A stretch of DNA of 64,000 nucleotides from Amoebidium appalachense (taxonomy: Eukaryota > Protista > Ichthyosporea). The notes beneath the pieces are model-generated. The model was not told the DNA's origin. It ran no database searches and was given only the letters and a program-made list of their open reading frames with translations. Both the position numbers and the translations under genes were made by a program. Each line of letters starts with the position of its first letter. Positions within the stretch are counted from its first letter, which is position 1. This document shows positions 13,712-61,850 of the stretch, in pieces. The stretch spans positions 3,658,001-3,722,000 of the forward strand of contig CAVNZM010000014.1 of the NCBI GenBank assembly GCA_963693365.1, given 5' to 3'.

Positions 13712-14145
13712 ACACACGAGAAAAAAAACACACACACTCACACGCACACACACATTTTTTCCCCGTTTTGTTCCCGCTTGGGGCACTCAGGGGGAACTAT
13801 CGTCTTCCACCCAGCACCGACGGTACTCTAGCTAGGCTATAGGGTGCTACGGTATCTTTAGCTAAGCTAACACACCTTTAAACAATCCTATCTATTTGCA
13901 CACACTTAGCCCAGGGTATTCACCCCAGCCACGCCGGTGGGTAGCACCAGGCTTCCCCTCCACTCAAGACTTACGAATAAACTTTAAAACCGGGCTCTCA
14001 TTGGTTCGTCTAAAGTGGTGGAATGTGTGGTGTGGTGTGGGTGGGGCCCACGGGGGATATGGATAGATGGTGGGAGATTTGGTAATAGTGGGTTGCTAGT
14101 GAGCAGAATATGGTGTTGTACATAGAGTGTGGTCACGCATGCGAC

Positions 14146-14229
<84 letters not shown>

Positions 14230-14305
14230 CGGTACACACACACGCACACACACGTGCACACACACACATATACAAAACACACGCATGCATACGCATACGC
14301 ACGCG

Positions 14306-14336
<31 letters not shown>

Positions 14337-15757
14337 AGTGTCACACACACACACCCTTGTGGCACAAGGAGACACACACACACACACATGGTACACGTAC
14401 ACACACACTCAGTCACGAGGTTCACGCGAAAGAATCCGTTTTTTATTGAATTATAATTAAATGACACCTCGAACCTAATATTATTTAGTTCACATTGCTG
14501 TCTACCGGTGCCACATAATGTACATACATTCGTGCCGTGATGCCGTGCCTGTTTCATCATCGGCTGCAGCTGATAAAACGTTTTCAGTTTTTTATTCAGT
14601 GAACGTTCGACGACAATCGCAACAACGGTATCAGTCGAATAATTTGAAGTATACATGCACTGCAACATACAATTAACAACAATGATAACGAGCAACTAAA
14701 ACAATTTGAAACCCAATTCATCTGCTCAACGTATGACACTATGCTGTGTACATTCGAATTTATGCGTATGTGGACAAGTCACCGGCTTAGCAGATTTCTC
14801 ACGATTCATGTGCCATCACAAATATACAGATCAACAAGTTACATCTCAGTGCACACCCAACGTTATTATCTTCATACATAATAACGATTGCACAAGTACA
14901 GGTGGAGCCTCCCTTCATCATATTGAATTTCAAGAATGTCGTAATACTGTACCTATTGAAAACCCTACAACTTCCATCCGAGTCATATATACTATCGATC
15001 AAACGTTTACACAATCTTCATTCGTTTCCACTGTATCATAGTATTAAGCAATGTCCGTTTTTGCGTGTGCGCTGAAACACCGTGCATACGCATGCTTGCA
15101 AAAACACTTCGGTAGATGCCTTAATCTTCGTCAACAACATTTAGTTAACGTGGCCGTGGCGTGGCGTTGTCTGTGTGCGTGTGTTTGCTAAAGAGGCGGA
15201 ATGGGTGGGGAAAGCAGCCTTCGTTTGCACACCTACATTGAATTTCAACTAGCTTATAGCCCGTGAATGAACAAAATTAGACATACTATTACTATAGCAG
15301 CAGCAGTCATGGCATTTTAGGCGTGGGTGATCAGCAAATGAAAGCGTAATGTGCGTGTGAATTTTGCTCGTGTCGAAGCAAACACACCACCATGAACGCA
15401 CAGCGAAAGAAGAGAGAAGGCTCGGAGGACAAAGGGCATCCAGTACGTGCGTGTACGAGTGTGTGGGGTGGTTTTGTGAAAAAGGGGAATGCGTGTGAAA
15501 TGTACATCATGAGGGGAGAGCAGAGAGGCGGGGATGGACGACGGGGGAGGGGAAAAGGAGGGGGGCGGGGGGAGGGGGGGGAGTGGGGGGGGATGGGAGC
15601 TGACCAATCCCCAACACCGCCGAACCACCCAACGGCCGTCAAATCCTTTGAGGAGGTAGTCACTTGAAGCGTTACTCGTTTCACGCCCGTTTAGTCCGGT
15701 ACTCCTGAAATGGAAGGGAAATAAAAAAGAAAAGAAAATGGCAACTGGCTCAGACTG

Positions 15758-33350
<17,593 letters not shown>

Positions 33351-34689
33351 GGGAGCGAGGAGGTGAAGGTGAAGGCAAAAATGTGCTGGTAAGAATCGTG
33401 TGTGTGTGTGTGTGTGTTGCAAGAACAGAAAAAGAGACTATACGAAAAGAATGTCGGTAGCACTGTGTGAAGTAGGGTAAAACGTGTTTTTTGCTTGCGT
33501 TGTCCTGTAAATTGCTTTCAAACTGAGGCAGGTAAAGACTGTGTGTGCGGCCGGCGATCACATCGAGGTTTGGGAGGAGCTAAAGGCACGACGAATTACA
33601 TGCCCCAAAACATAACCTACTAAACTATATGATTACCATAAAGGGGTTACCCGGCGGCACATCCTTCCCCTCTTCGTTCCCCTTCGAAGTTCATCGCCCT
33701 CGAGCAGTGAGCCTTTCTAGCTCTGATCATGAGCGTGGAAAAAGCTTTCACCGAGCTAAAAAATACTTGCCAGAAATAGCAAAAACGATCTAAAGAATTG
33801 CGTAAGGGCAATAGTTCACCAATCAGATTTGGGGACGATAAAGTATGTCCGCGCATATGATTAATCCGTACCTAAGATTCTCATTTTACACGGCGGCCTT
33901 CAAAGCCTTCTGCACTTTCGTAAAACGTAGTTTTTCTTATATACACCGTACATGTACACAGAGGACTGCGCGCGCACGCAAGCACACACTACGTATACGC
34001 ACGCATGCACGCACAAACACGTACTCGTGTGTGGACATCCATGCAAGTACACAATCACCCGGAAAAGACCCTAAGTCATGTAGAGTAAAGAAAGCAGACA
34101 GTCTCGTATTCCCCTTGACAAACGTGCTTACCACAACCTCTCGGTATAGAAGCGAGTCGTACCTCTAAGCAATATATAAGAAACATGGACCACAACTACA
34201 GTGCGCTAAAGGGTGTTCCCTTTTGCATCTCAAGCCGTTGCCGTCCCCCGCCTGTTTCGGTAAGCGCCAGATCTGCAAACTATAGCTCACGTTCATTATC
34301 TTCTTTGCAGAGTGTCAACTTTTCATCAGTGCTCTTGGGGCTTTTCATAAGGCTTCACCGTTGACCACACAAAGATGTGCCTTGCTGTGAGCTCGTGCAG
34401 CTCCATGGCTTTCGGTGCCTGTCTGGGCGTCTGGGCTTACACGTGCACCTGTTTGTGTACTCTTAGAGTCGTGTACATGCATCTGGGCTGGACGGTGCAT
34501 ATACCCTGTGTAGCTGCATCTGCCTACATCCTGCATCTTTGTGTGTCTGCAGGTGTGCATTTTCCAGTGGTTTTGTGCGCCGGTGGTTCATGTGCAAGTC
34601 TCTTTAATGGGGAGACGAGCACGCTTAATTACCTTGCCCCACTGTGTGGTGTGGGCAAGCAGGGCTTGCTGTGTGAATTCAGTGCAGCA

Positions 34690-44117
<9,428 letters not shown>

Positions 44118-44168
44118 TCTTGTGTGCGTGTGTGCCCCCCAGCACAGGGACTGCTGCTTGATGCTCCC

Positions 44169-44201
<33 letters not shown>

Positions 44202-44699
44202 CCCCCCCCCCCCCCCCCCCCCCCTTCAATCTCTCTTTGTGTAACGCATACCCCCCCCGCACCCCTCCCTCCCTCCCGCCCCTTTATCGACCCACCCACC
44301 TATACGCACACCCACCGACCCACCTGGCTTTGCGGGGACGCTGCTTCAGGACCACACAAGCGTGCGGGACGGGGGGGAGGTGGTGGGGGGGGAGAGGGGG
44401 GAAGGAGGGGAAGGGGGGAGGGGAGGGGGATTTCCTTTTATGCACTCCGATCTTTTTTCCTGTCCCCAGGGGTTTATGCTTTGACTGAAATACTCTCTGA
44501 ATAGGATATGTAGACTGATTGTTTTGTTCTTCTCTGATACTATATCATTCAACCACATTACTCCCCGGTCTAGTCAAACATTTTCGTTGAGTAGAAACAC
44601 ACAAGCATCGGTATGAACACACGTATGTACTTGCACACCTGCAGGCAGCGCACGGCACAAACACAGATGCACACGTACAACACAATTTTTCTCATGCAC

Positions 44700-44773
<74 letters not shown>

Positions 44774-45863
44774 TCATGAAGGACCTATATAGCAAAGAAT
44801 TACTTGTGTCGGCTGTTCCTTGTACTAGCCCTGTTTCGATTTTTTTAGACAGTTTGATTTTCCTTGTTTGATTTTGGTTGCTACCGTCTCATAATGCGCA
44901 AATGGCAAGGCTAATAAGATGATGATTGGTGTGTCCGTACACTATGTATCGAATGCTGGTATCTCTCAATAGGTTATCCAACGGTGGATTTTCTATACAT
45001 GAGTTTCGTGTACACGTGTCAGTGGATAAGGGATTTAGTTCCTTAAATCTCAGAAATGTGGACGTATCACAATTGCTTGTTGTAGTGTCCTTTCGTCAGT
45101 AATATTCATTATAAAAAAATAAAAACCCTCTATCTTCTTGTTCAAAAAGGTCGACTCCCCCCCCCTCCCCCCCATCACCACCACCACCACACACACACAC
45201 CAAAAAAAAAAGGAAACCCTTTTCGACCTTTTTTCTTTTTGGTGGGTGGTGTGGGTGGGTGGGTGCCACATGCGTGGGGGTATACTGTAGGGGGTAACTT
45301 GTGTGCATGGGGGGGATAACTCTTCGAATTCCAAGCTTGCATGCACAGACACACTAGCTGTAGATCTCCCTTTCTTCCAGCAGCCCTTCTACCCACGAGG
45401 ACCTTTTTCCCCAGGCTGGCCCATTTGTGTATTTACATTTCAGCCCCATCAAATGAGTTTCAGGTATGGGAGCCTCAGTCGCATAATCTTAAATATCTTT
45501 TGCACAAGCATTAAATAGCTGCAGACATGAATATGGAACCCAGGGTGACTTGGGACACCTGGTCCAGAGATGTCCAAGGACAAACTTCAACAAGGTAGAC
45601 ACAATCAACACGGTCAGTGGTACAACATCACAACCTAAAATCTATACTGTACGACACACAGGACGTGGATATAATCTTTCAACAACAACCAAATTCAAAA
45701 GCATCCTGACAAGAAACGCGTGAAAAGAGTTAACTTAAGTCTTGTGATTTATATATATCACAACGTCGTACAATCCAGACCAACACCATTCTTGTTTCGA
45801 AACACCCCCCTTCCCCATTTTTTCTCCCTCGGCCCATCCTATCACCTGGCCCCTCCTGCGCTC

Positions 45864-45978
45864 CTAACACGTACTGACGTGTTGCCGCACGTGCGACGTT
45901 ATACATCTACTCAGGCGGCCTTTTAAGTTTAAAAAAAAAAAAAAAAAAGAAAGGAGACACCGCCTCAGTAGGTGGTAG
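45864..45978 (-). mobile_element. MITE family B, copy 1 (115 bp) with 9-bp TSD
   Basis: Imperfect TIRs ctaacacgtactgacg / cctcagtaggtggtag. Flanked by cctgcgctc (45855-45863) and cctgcgttc (45979-45987). Confidence 0.88.
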
Positions 45979-46045
45979 CCTGCGTTCCTAAACAGAACTG
46001 TGGGCAAATCAATGGAACAAATATGCTTTGGTGTGTTCAAAATGC

Positions 46046-46600
46046 CTAGAGCCTGCTCCTGGCGATGAACAGGTGCTCCAGCAGGACATTGATCATATCT
46101 TTCTTGTTGTTGCCGTCCACTTCTAGACCATAGAAAGATAAAAGAGTGCTGGCTTTTCGTAGAGATAAGCCGACCAGTTCGCCACGGGTGGCTGGGAAGT
46201 AAGGTGGACGTTCCCCTCCCTCGTTAGGGAAAGGCAAAATGCGAGAACTCCCATCCTTAGCTCTCATGTTGACTGTTTTTGCATCGAGGCGGTTCAGTGA
46301 GACTTGAAGACGATCAACCGCACGATCAACACGATCACCCAACGATTTCTCCATTTCACAAGCCCAAGCTGGCTTTTCTTCTTGGACACCCTGCCCTTGC
46401 AGCTTGAGACAACGAACATGCGCTCCCTGCACCTCTCTGATTTCAGCGTCAGTGACAGATGCACCATCGATATCGCTCTGGAGTGTACGCAAGCTGTCGA
46501 TGCGACGTGCCAGCCGAGCGGGTGCTCTAGGAGAATTCAAATTCTCCACTAGCTCAGGCAGGACGATCTGCCGCATGCGAAAATGTTCTTGGTCTTCCAT
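46046..46600 (-). CDS. Mug135/DUF1773-like protein, ~184 aa (PAW motif, coiled coil, Mug135_C-like domain)
   Basis: Non-repetitive ORF starting directly after acceptor ttcttgcag|ATG. The C-terminus N...ILPFPNEGGERPPYFPATRGELVGLS...LLSFYGL......K..INVLLEHL fits the Mug135_C pattern as I recall it. Confidence 0.72.
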   Translation of the reverse strand: MEDQEHFRMRQIVLPELVENLNSPRAPARLARRIDSLRTLQSDIDGASVTDAEIREVQGAHVRCLKLQGQGVQEEKPAWACEMEKSLGDRVDRAVDRLQVSLNRLDAKTVNMRAKDGSSRILPFPNEGGERPPYFPATRGELVGLSLRKASTLLSFYGLEVDGNNKKDMINVLLEHLFIARSRL

Positions 46601-46629
46601 CTGCAAGAAATCGAAAGGTGAGTGATCCC

Positions 46630-46690
<61 letters not shown>

Positions 46691-46701
46691 CTCCTCTCTC
46701 G

Positions 46702-46733
<32 letters not shown>

Positions 46734-47127
46734 ACTACCACCCCACCGCCACCAACACCAACGCCGCGGTTGTCGCCACCGCCATGCACAAACAGAGTGA
46801 AACGACACACACACTGAACCAAAAACGCTCACTCTTATACAGCTTTCAAACCCTCCGTCCTCCCCTCCACACAACCACACGCACGCACGCACGCACGCAC
46901 TGACAGAGTTGCACCACAAACAAGAAAAGCCAAAACTATTGCTCATGAAGCCTGAGGTCTTCCACCCTCACCCTGGTGCACACGTGTACATGTACCCCTT
47001 AAACTTCCATCACCACCAACACACGACACAACCACTCAAACATGAATTAAAAAAAAACTTCCGTCTGCCATGTTATGTGAAACGTTCCAGTACACCACAG
47101 TAAGACTGCTTCAGCACGGTAACGCTT

Positions 47128-47247
47128 CTACCACCTACTGAGGCGGTGTCTCCTTTCTTTTTTTTTTTTTTCTTTTTTTTTTCTTAAAAAGGACGCCCGA
47201 GTAGATGTATAACGTCGCACGTGCGGCAACACGTCAGTACGTGTTAG
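47128..47247 (+). mobile_element. MITE family B, copy 2 (120 bp) with perfect 9-bp TSD
   Basis: Reverse complement of copy 1. gtaacgctt at 47119-47127 and 47248-47256. Confidence 0.92.
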
Positions 47248-47519
47248 GTAACGCTTAGAAGTGCACAAGAAGTGCCAGTCAAAGCATTCGGAGCAGACGC
47301 GGGTGTTGAAAAGAGTGCTAAAACTGAACGAAATAGCACTCAACTAGTGACCATACCTTCAAGCAGTCGGGGAGGGAAACTCCCAATGTTCTCAACCAAG
47401 GCTGTAAGTTTCGTCGTACACCAAGAAAGTATTAGAGGGGTGTTGTTTTTCTTTTCTCTCTCTCTTTTTTTTCTTTTCATTTTTTTTTTGTTTTGTTTTG
47501 TTTTGTTTTGTTTTGTTGG

Positions 47520-47641
47520 GGAAGGATCACACTAAGGCCTAGGCCTGATGATGCAAGGCCTATATGTCTGTAGGCCTCCGGGAAGGATCACACTAAGGCC
47601 TAGGCCTGATGATGCAAGGCCTATATGTCTGTAGGCCTCCG
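47520..47641. repeat. Perfect 61-bp tandem duplication
   Basis: ggaaggatcacactaaggcctaggcctgatgatgcaaggcctatatgtctgtaggcctccg x2. Confidence 0.95.
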
Positions 47642-47666
47642 GTCAGAGCTACGGTAGGGGGTGGGC

Positions 47667-47770
47667 CTACCACCTACTGAGGCGGTGTCTCCCTTTTCCT
47701 TTTTTTTTTTTTTTTTTTTTTTTTTGCCGCCTCAAGTAGATGTATAACGTCGCACGTGCGGCAACACGTC
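47667..47770 (+). mobile_element. MITE family B, copy 3 (right end missing)
   Basis: ctaccacctactgaggcggtgtctcc...gtagatgtataacgtcgcacgtgcggcaacacgtc; lacks the terminal agtacgtgttag. Confidence 0.85.
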
Positions 47771-47789
47771 TTTTTTTCAGAGGGCCGTG

Positions 47790-47966
47790 CTGCCACCTAC
47801 TGAGATGGCTCCTTATTTTTCCTTACACATTCAGCGAAAACTGGACTCTATCGAACCGTCGAGGCGCCGCGACAGAAAGCATGCACGCGGTCGCGAGAGT
47901 GTAAGGACCCGTCTGCAGCGAACGTAAAGTTCATCGCAGCGCGTGCACACCGTCAGTACGTGTGAG
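47790..47966 (+). mobile_element. MITE family B, second subfamily (177 bp, different interior) with perfect 9-bp TSD
   Basis: Ends ctgccacctactgag ... gtcagtacgtgtgag. agggccgtg at 47781-47789 and 47967-47975. Confidence 0.85.
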
Positions 47967-49284
47967 AGGGCCGTGGTCACGGCTTTCAGAGGGCCGTGCC
48001 GTGGTACGTGTCAAATTTAAAGAAATTCAAATTCTCCCGCTCAAACAAAACACGCGATCGCGCTGATTTTTTTTCAGAGGGCCGTGGCTGATATCCACGG
48101 GGGACCCCGGACCCGCAGTGACGAAAATGCACGGAGTTACTAAAAAAGGAAAAATAAAAATAGGATTTTTCGAGACGTACCATAGTGTCACTGACAAAAA
48201 AAAGCCCCTATTGGCGTAACTGGAGCCCCGGGGGGTACTCGGGGAACACTGAGTACCTAGGCGTGACTCACTGGAGTGGAGGGGAGGGGAGGGGCCTTGG
48301 CCCTGGGCACTGTTGAAGATGCATCAGCGTGACACTGCGCAGGCTCAAATACGACAGGCTGTAATATATTCTACTACATATAAATGCACATGTACATATA
48401 CATACGCGTGGCAACATCATTAATATTATTAAATTTTGGATTAACAAACAGTTTGAGAACTTCAAAAGAAAACAGAATAGTACATGATACAATATATATG
48501 GCCAGCAATGATTCATTTCCGGCCTACTGATAGGGTACTTAATATGCCAGTTGCAAGAACCTTTATTATCCATAAAGGCGTGAGAAAAAATTGAATGATG
48601 CTTTTCCATATAGCAACAAGTTATGCATACGCTAGCTAGCATACAAAATAAAAATACTTGTAATGACTAACCTATTTGTGGGGTCAACTTTTATTATGGT
48701 GATACAGGTTAACAGCTGTACACGTTTTCCATCTTGCAACCTGTCAGAACTGACAGAATCGTTTCGTGGTTAAGCTTTTCTTTCCGTCGGGATTGGGGGG
48801 TGTCACAGAAGTGTAAGCCAATGACCCTGCACAACAGATGTACATCAGCCAGCAAGGCTAACCACCCTATGACAGGTAGGGTGAGTCCAATTTTTCTCCA
48901 CAATATTGCAAAAAAGCACACACACCACACACCAACGATCATCCCATTTCATTGTCTAGGGCCAGCCCTGTTTCAAATTGTGGCATTAAGTTTGCACCGA
49001 AACCATTCCAGTTTCGACGTTTTCCTCCTTCAAGTTCCCTGGCAGAGTTGTCTTACCTCGACTTTTCTCGGAGCCACGGATTGGATTAGCTTGGAGCTGC
49101 TTCCCTCTCTCCCCCCCTCCTCTGTAAATTCTCCACTGGAGGGATTTCCCACCCCTGTTACTTCCCTTCTCTCTTCAAATTGTCCCTAAGGCTTCTACAT
49201 CCCTGAGATATACTCCTTTTTTCTTTCCTTTTTCGTACTCCTCTTTTGTTGTTTCCCAGAAAGTTTCTCTTTCACACCACGACT

Positions 49285-58089
<8,805 letters not shown>

Positions 58090-58690
58090 AAAACCTCATT
58101 TTCCTTGGATTTTTTTTTCAAGTTTGGTGTTTACGGCTCTTAGGCCCCGTTTTAGGGGATTTTTTGTACCGTTTTTATATGAAAATCATTTCATTACCCT
58201 GAGCTTTTTTTTTTCTTTTTCCCGAGGTAGCAAACTGTGAATTTTACTGGAATTTCTTGTTGGTTTATATATACAGTTTTTTTGCAAGTTTTTTTCTCTG
58301 CCAGCTTTCTTGTTTCCCCTGAGTTTTTTTTTTCCTTCTCCGAGCTGGTTAACTGGGTCAATGAGTATACATGTCGGTGAAACACGAGATCCCTTTCTCC
58401 CTTGCTGACGTAGTACATGTGGATCTGCCTTGCATTTTTGGCCCTCTTTCTGACATCGTCGCTCACTCATCACGCACCACGAGTGTAGAAGCTATGTACT
58501 AAGTTACTGTTCTGTTTGCCTGTGGCTTAAATAAAGCGTACACAACCGGACTCGGGGCTCTCACTATTCAGTTTACAGTTTTTTCTAGGCTGCGACAAAC
58601 AAGCAGAGACTTGGGAATACATGGATTAGTTTGTTTCAATACAGCGTACGTGCGCTTGCAGCCCTCAACACTCTTCTTTGCATGCCTCTT

Positions 58691-58743
<53 letters not shown>

Positions 58744-59090
58744 AAAAAAAGAAAGACAGAAAGAAAAAGAAAAAGAATAAGGAAAGCAAAATTGTGGGCC
58801 GAAGAAGTGGCCAAAAGTTGCTAGCTGGCCTGCAAAACGGCGCCGGGGCTGCGCAGACTCTGCCTAATATTATACTTATCAGTGAAAATACATACATACA
58901 CACGCCGATAAATTTGTACCGTTTATCCCTCTCAATGATTTCTTCACTGTGATACTGTATGGAACATACTGTACATACACCGTCTCCCGAGCACGGCCCT
59001 GCCTGCAGTGGTCAGAGGGCCGTGCGCACCCGCGGCCCCCCACCCGGGCCCCGGCGGCCGGCGGCGGGCCGGCTGCATGATACTGCAGGA

Positions 59091-59116
59091 TTTTGGCGGG
59101 AAAAATAGCCAATCAG
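59091..59116 (+). promoter_or_regulatory. E2F/DP-type site with adjacent CCAAT box upstream of ORC3
   Basis: TTTTGGCGGGAAAA (59091-59104) followed by AGCCAATCAG, about 200 bp before the ORC3 ATG and next to a GC-rich patch. Confidence 0.6.
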
Positions 59117-59297
59117 ATCAGACTGAAGCTTTCGCCGAGTTCATTTGCTACGTCGAGACAAACAGAAACATCAGCCTGAGTTCTCAGTGAATTTAGAACA
59201 AGTCAACATACACTGCGTGGTTTTGATGCAGATGCACGCTATACCATATAACAGCCTGTGCCGTTTGGTGTATAATTAGAGGCTATTTAGGTGAGAA

Positions 59298-61771
59298 ATG
59301 GAGGTGGATGCGGCCGTCCAGCAGACGGCCAAGGAGCGTCTTGCCAAGGCATGCTTTTTCGTCAAGCCTCAGGTTACAAGCAGTAGTGCAAGCAAAAAGA
59401 GAGAGGGAAAGAAAAAAGCAAGCACACAGCAGAATGAAAGCAACCAGAACACAGCCGCCGACATGGGCGGCTTTACCATCCTCAACATGGAGGAGACAAA
59501 CGCCCATGTTTTGGCGCGCTACAATGCATACAAGTGGCACTGGAGCGAAATGGAAAGCGAACTCCAGAAGCTAGCAACCACTTTGAACGAAAAAATGTAC
59601 CAGGAACTGTGCAAATTCGTTGCGGAATGCCACAACATGGGCGACACTTTTACCTCCACGCGTGAAATCTACGTCGAGGTGCCCGCTGCGCTCGTTTCCG
59701 TAGGTGCGAATGTTCCCGACCACGAGCTGTTTTTCGGTCACCTGGCAGACAAACTATCGAGCGAGATAACCCCACACATTGCCAGATTGCGCAGCAGCGG
59801 ATGTCCAAGTTTACAAACAGCCATCAAGCAGTCATTTGAGCAGCTCATGTCCGCACAGGTCGAAGAGGAACATGGGGATGCAGACAACAGGGTCGGCGCA
59901 GAGGATTTCCGTCTTTCCGTTCCGAGTTTTTCGGTGCTTCAGTGGTGGTACGACGAAAAATACCCGAGCAAGCAAGGGGAAAACAAGCAAAAACGGAAAC
60001 CGCTCGTGGTAATTTTCGAAGATTTCGAGAGTTTTCCAGCGCGCATTCTCGAGGATTTCATCTCGCTGGCGGCGAACAGCGTGCAGACATCATCCGCCCC
60101 TATCGTTCTTCTATTTGGCCTTGCAACCACGTTCGACACCCTCCACTCGACCCTCTCCCGCTCGGCGACATCCCACCTTTCCACCCGCCGGTTTTCGCTC
60201 CAGAATGCCAGTCAGACATTGGCGCACATCTCCCAGACTCTCCCTTTGGACCCACGCTACCCCTTGTGGTTGGGTTCCCGTGCATACAGCTTGCTCAACG
60301 ACCGATTCCGCGATCATCCCATCTCTCTCGCCGGGTTTTCGCAGTCTCTCCAGCAGATGTTGCTTGACCATTTCTTTGCCAACTCGTGCAGTTTCCTGTG
60401 CAGTGTGGACCTGCAGGGGGCAGGGAGGTTGCTGACGGAGGAACACTGCGAGGAGCTCAGAGCGCTCATGTCTTTCCGGTGAGAATAATAACCTACCTCC
60501 CCCCCCCCCCCCCCTCCCCCCCGCGCGTTCACGTCCCCCCCCTCTGTCACACCCCCATTTCCTTCCCCTCCCTCACCACCCTCCCACCTCTTTCCCCCAC
60601 CTGCGGATCTTTCACACACTTCATACACACACTCTTAACACCCTTTATCTCTCAAGCGCACGCATACGCACGCACACACATACAGACACAAAGCCGTTCT
60701 CTCCTCTCCCCCCCCCCCCCCCCTCCCTCCCCTTCTCTCCCCCCCCCCCTCCCCGCGCCCCCCTATCCCCCCTTACCCTTTCTTACATCCTTTCTTCCTT
60801 GCCCACTCTCTCCCCTTCCACCCTGTCTTCTTCCCTTCCCCCCCCCCCCCCCCCCACTCCCCCCTCCCCTCTCTCCCCTCTTCCCATGCACACTGTCTCG
60901 CTCTCTGTGCCCCCCCCCCCCCCCCCTCCCCCCCCCCTCCCCCTCCCGTCCTTCCACGCCCCCTCCCCCCTTCCCGCGTCTAGCCTCTTCATTTCGCCTT
61001 GTCCCCTCTCCCTTGCCTACGCCTTTCAGTTCTTGCCAACCCCCTCCCCCCTTCCCCCCGCCCTTTTCCACGGGTGTGCTCTCCCCTACCCCCCCCCCCC
61101 CCTCTCCCCCCTCCCCCTTTCCCTCTTATGACACGTTGCATGCATGCTGGGCATTGGTTGGTGGGTGGCCTCGTGTGTGTTGTCTGTTGAGCCGATGGAG
61201 GGATAAGGTTGGGTGTGGGTATGGGTGTGTGAGCATAGAAAACGTGTTACGGACGAAGGGGGGGTGGGTCAGATGGTGTATGGGGTAGGAGGTGTGTGTG
61301 TGTGGTGGTGGTGGGGGGGAGAGGGGAGGGGGTTGGAGGGGGAGGGGGGAGGGATGTTGTTAGTGGTGGATACCACGTGAGTGATGGGAGGGGGGGAGTG
61401 GCTGGGGGGGGGGGGGGGGGAGGGGGGGGAGGGGGTTGGTTGGAAGGAGAGGCTAATGGGAGACGATGGATATGACTGACTGTTTTGTGCGGGGTTGCTG
61501 GTGTTTTTAAGGTTGGGGGGGTGGGAGATGGAGAGCGAGGTATGGGTTTAGAGTTTGGGAAGGATGGGAAGGAAGAGAGTGAATTTCGCAGGGAGATGGG
61601 GTGGGGTAGGGTTCGTAGTGCAGAGTGGGATGAAGGGATTAAATTAAGCAGAGGATTTACGCATAGACAATGACCACATTTTGTAGTTACTTTTTTTTTT
61701 TTTTTTTTTTTTTTTGGCTTTCACTCATTATGTTTCCGTCACCCACGGTTTGATACACACACACTCACACA

Positions 61772-61850
<79 letters not shown>

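Noticed and set aside
45864-47247. A single 1.4-kb TIR transposon that captured the Mug135-like gene
   Set aside because: There is no shared outer TSD. Each 115-120-bp arm has its own 9-bp TSD, so they are independent insertions.
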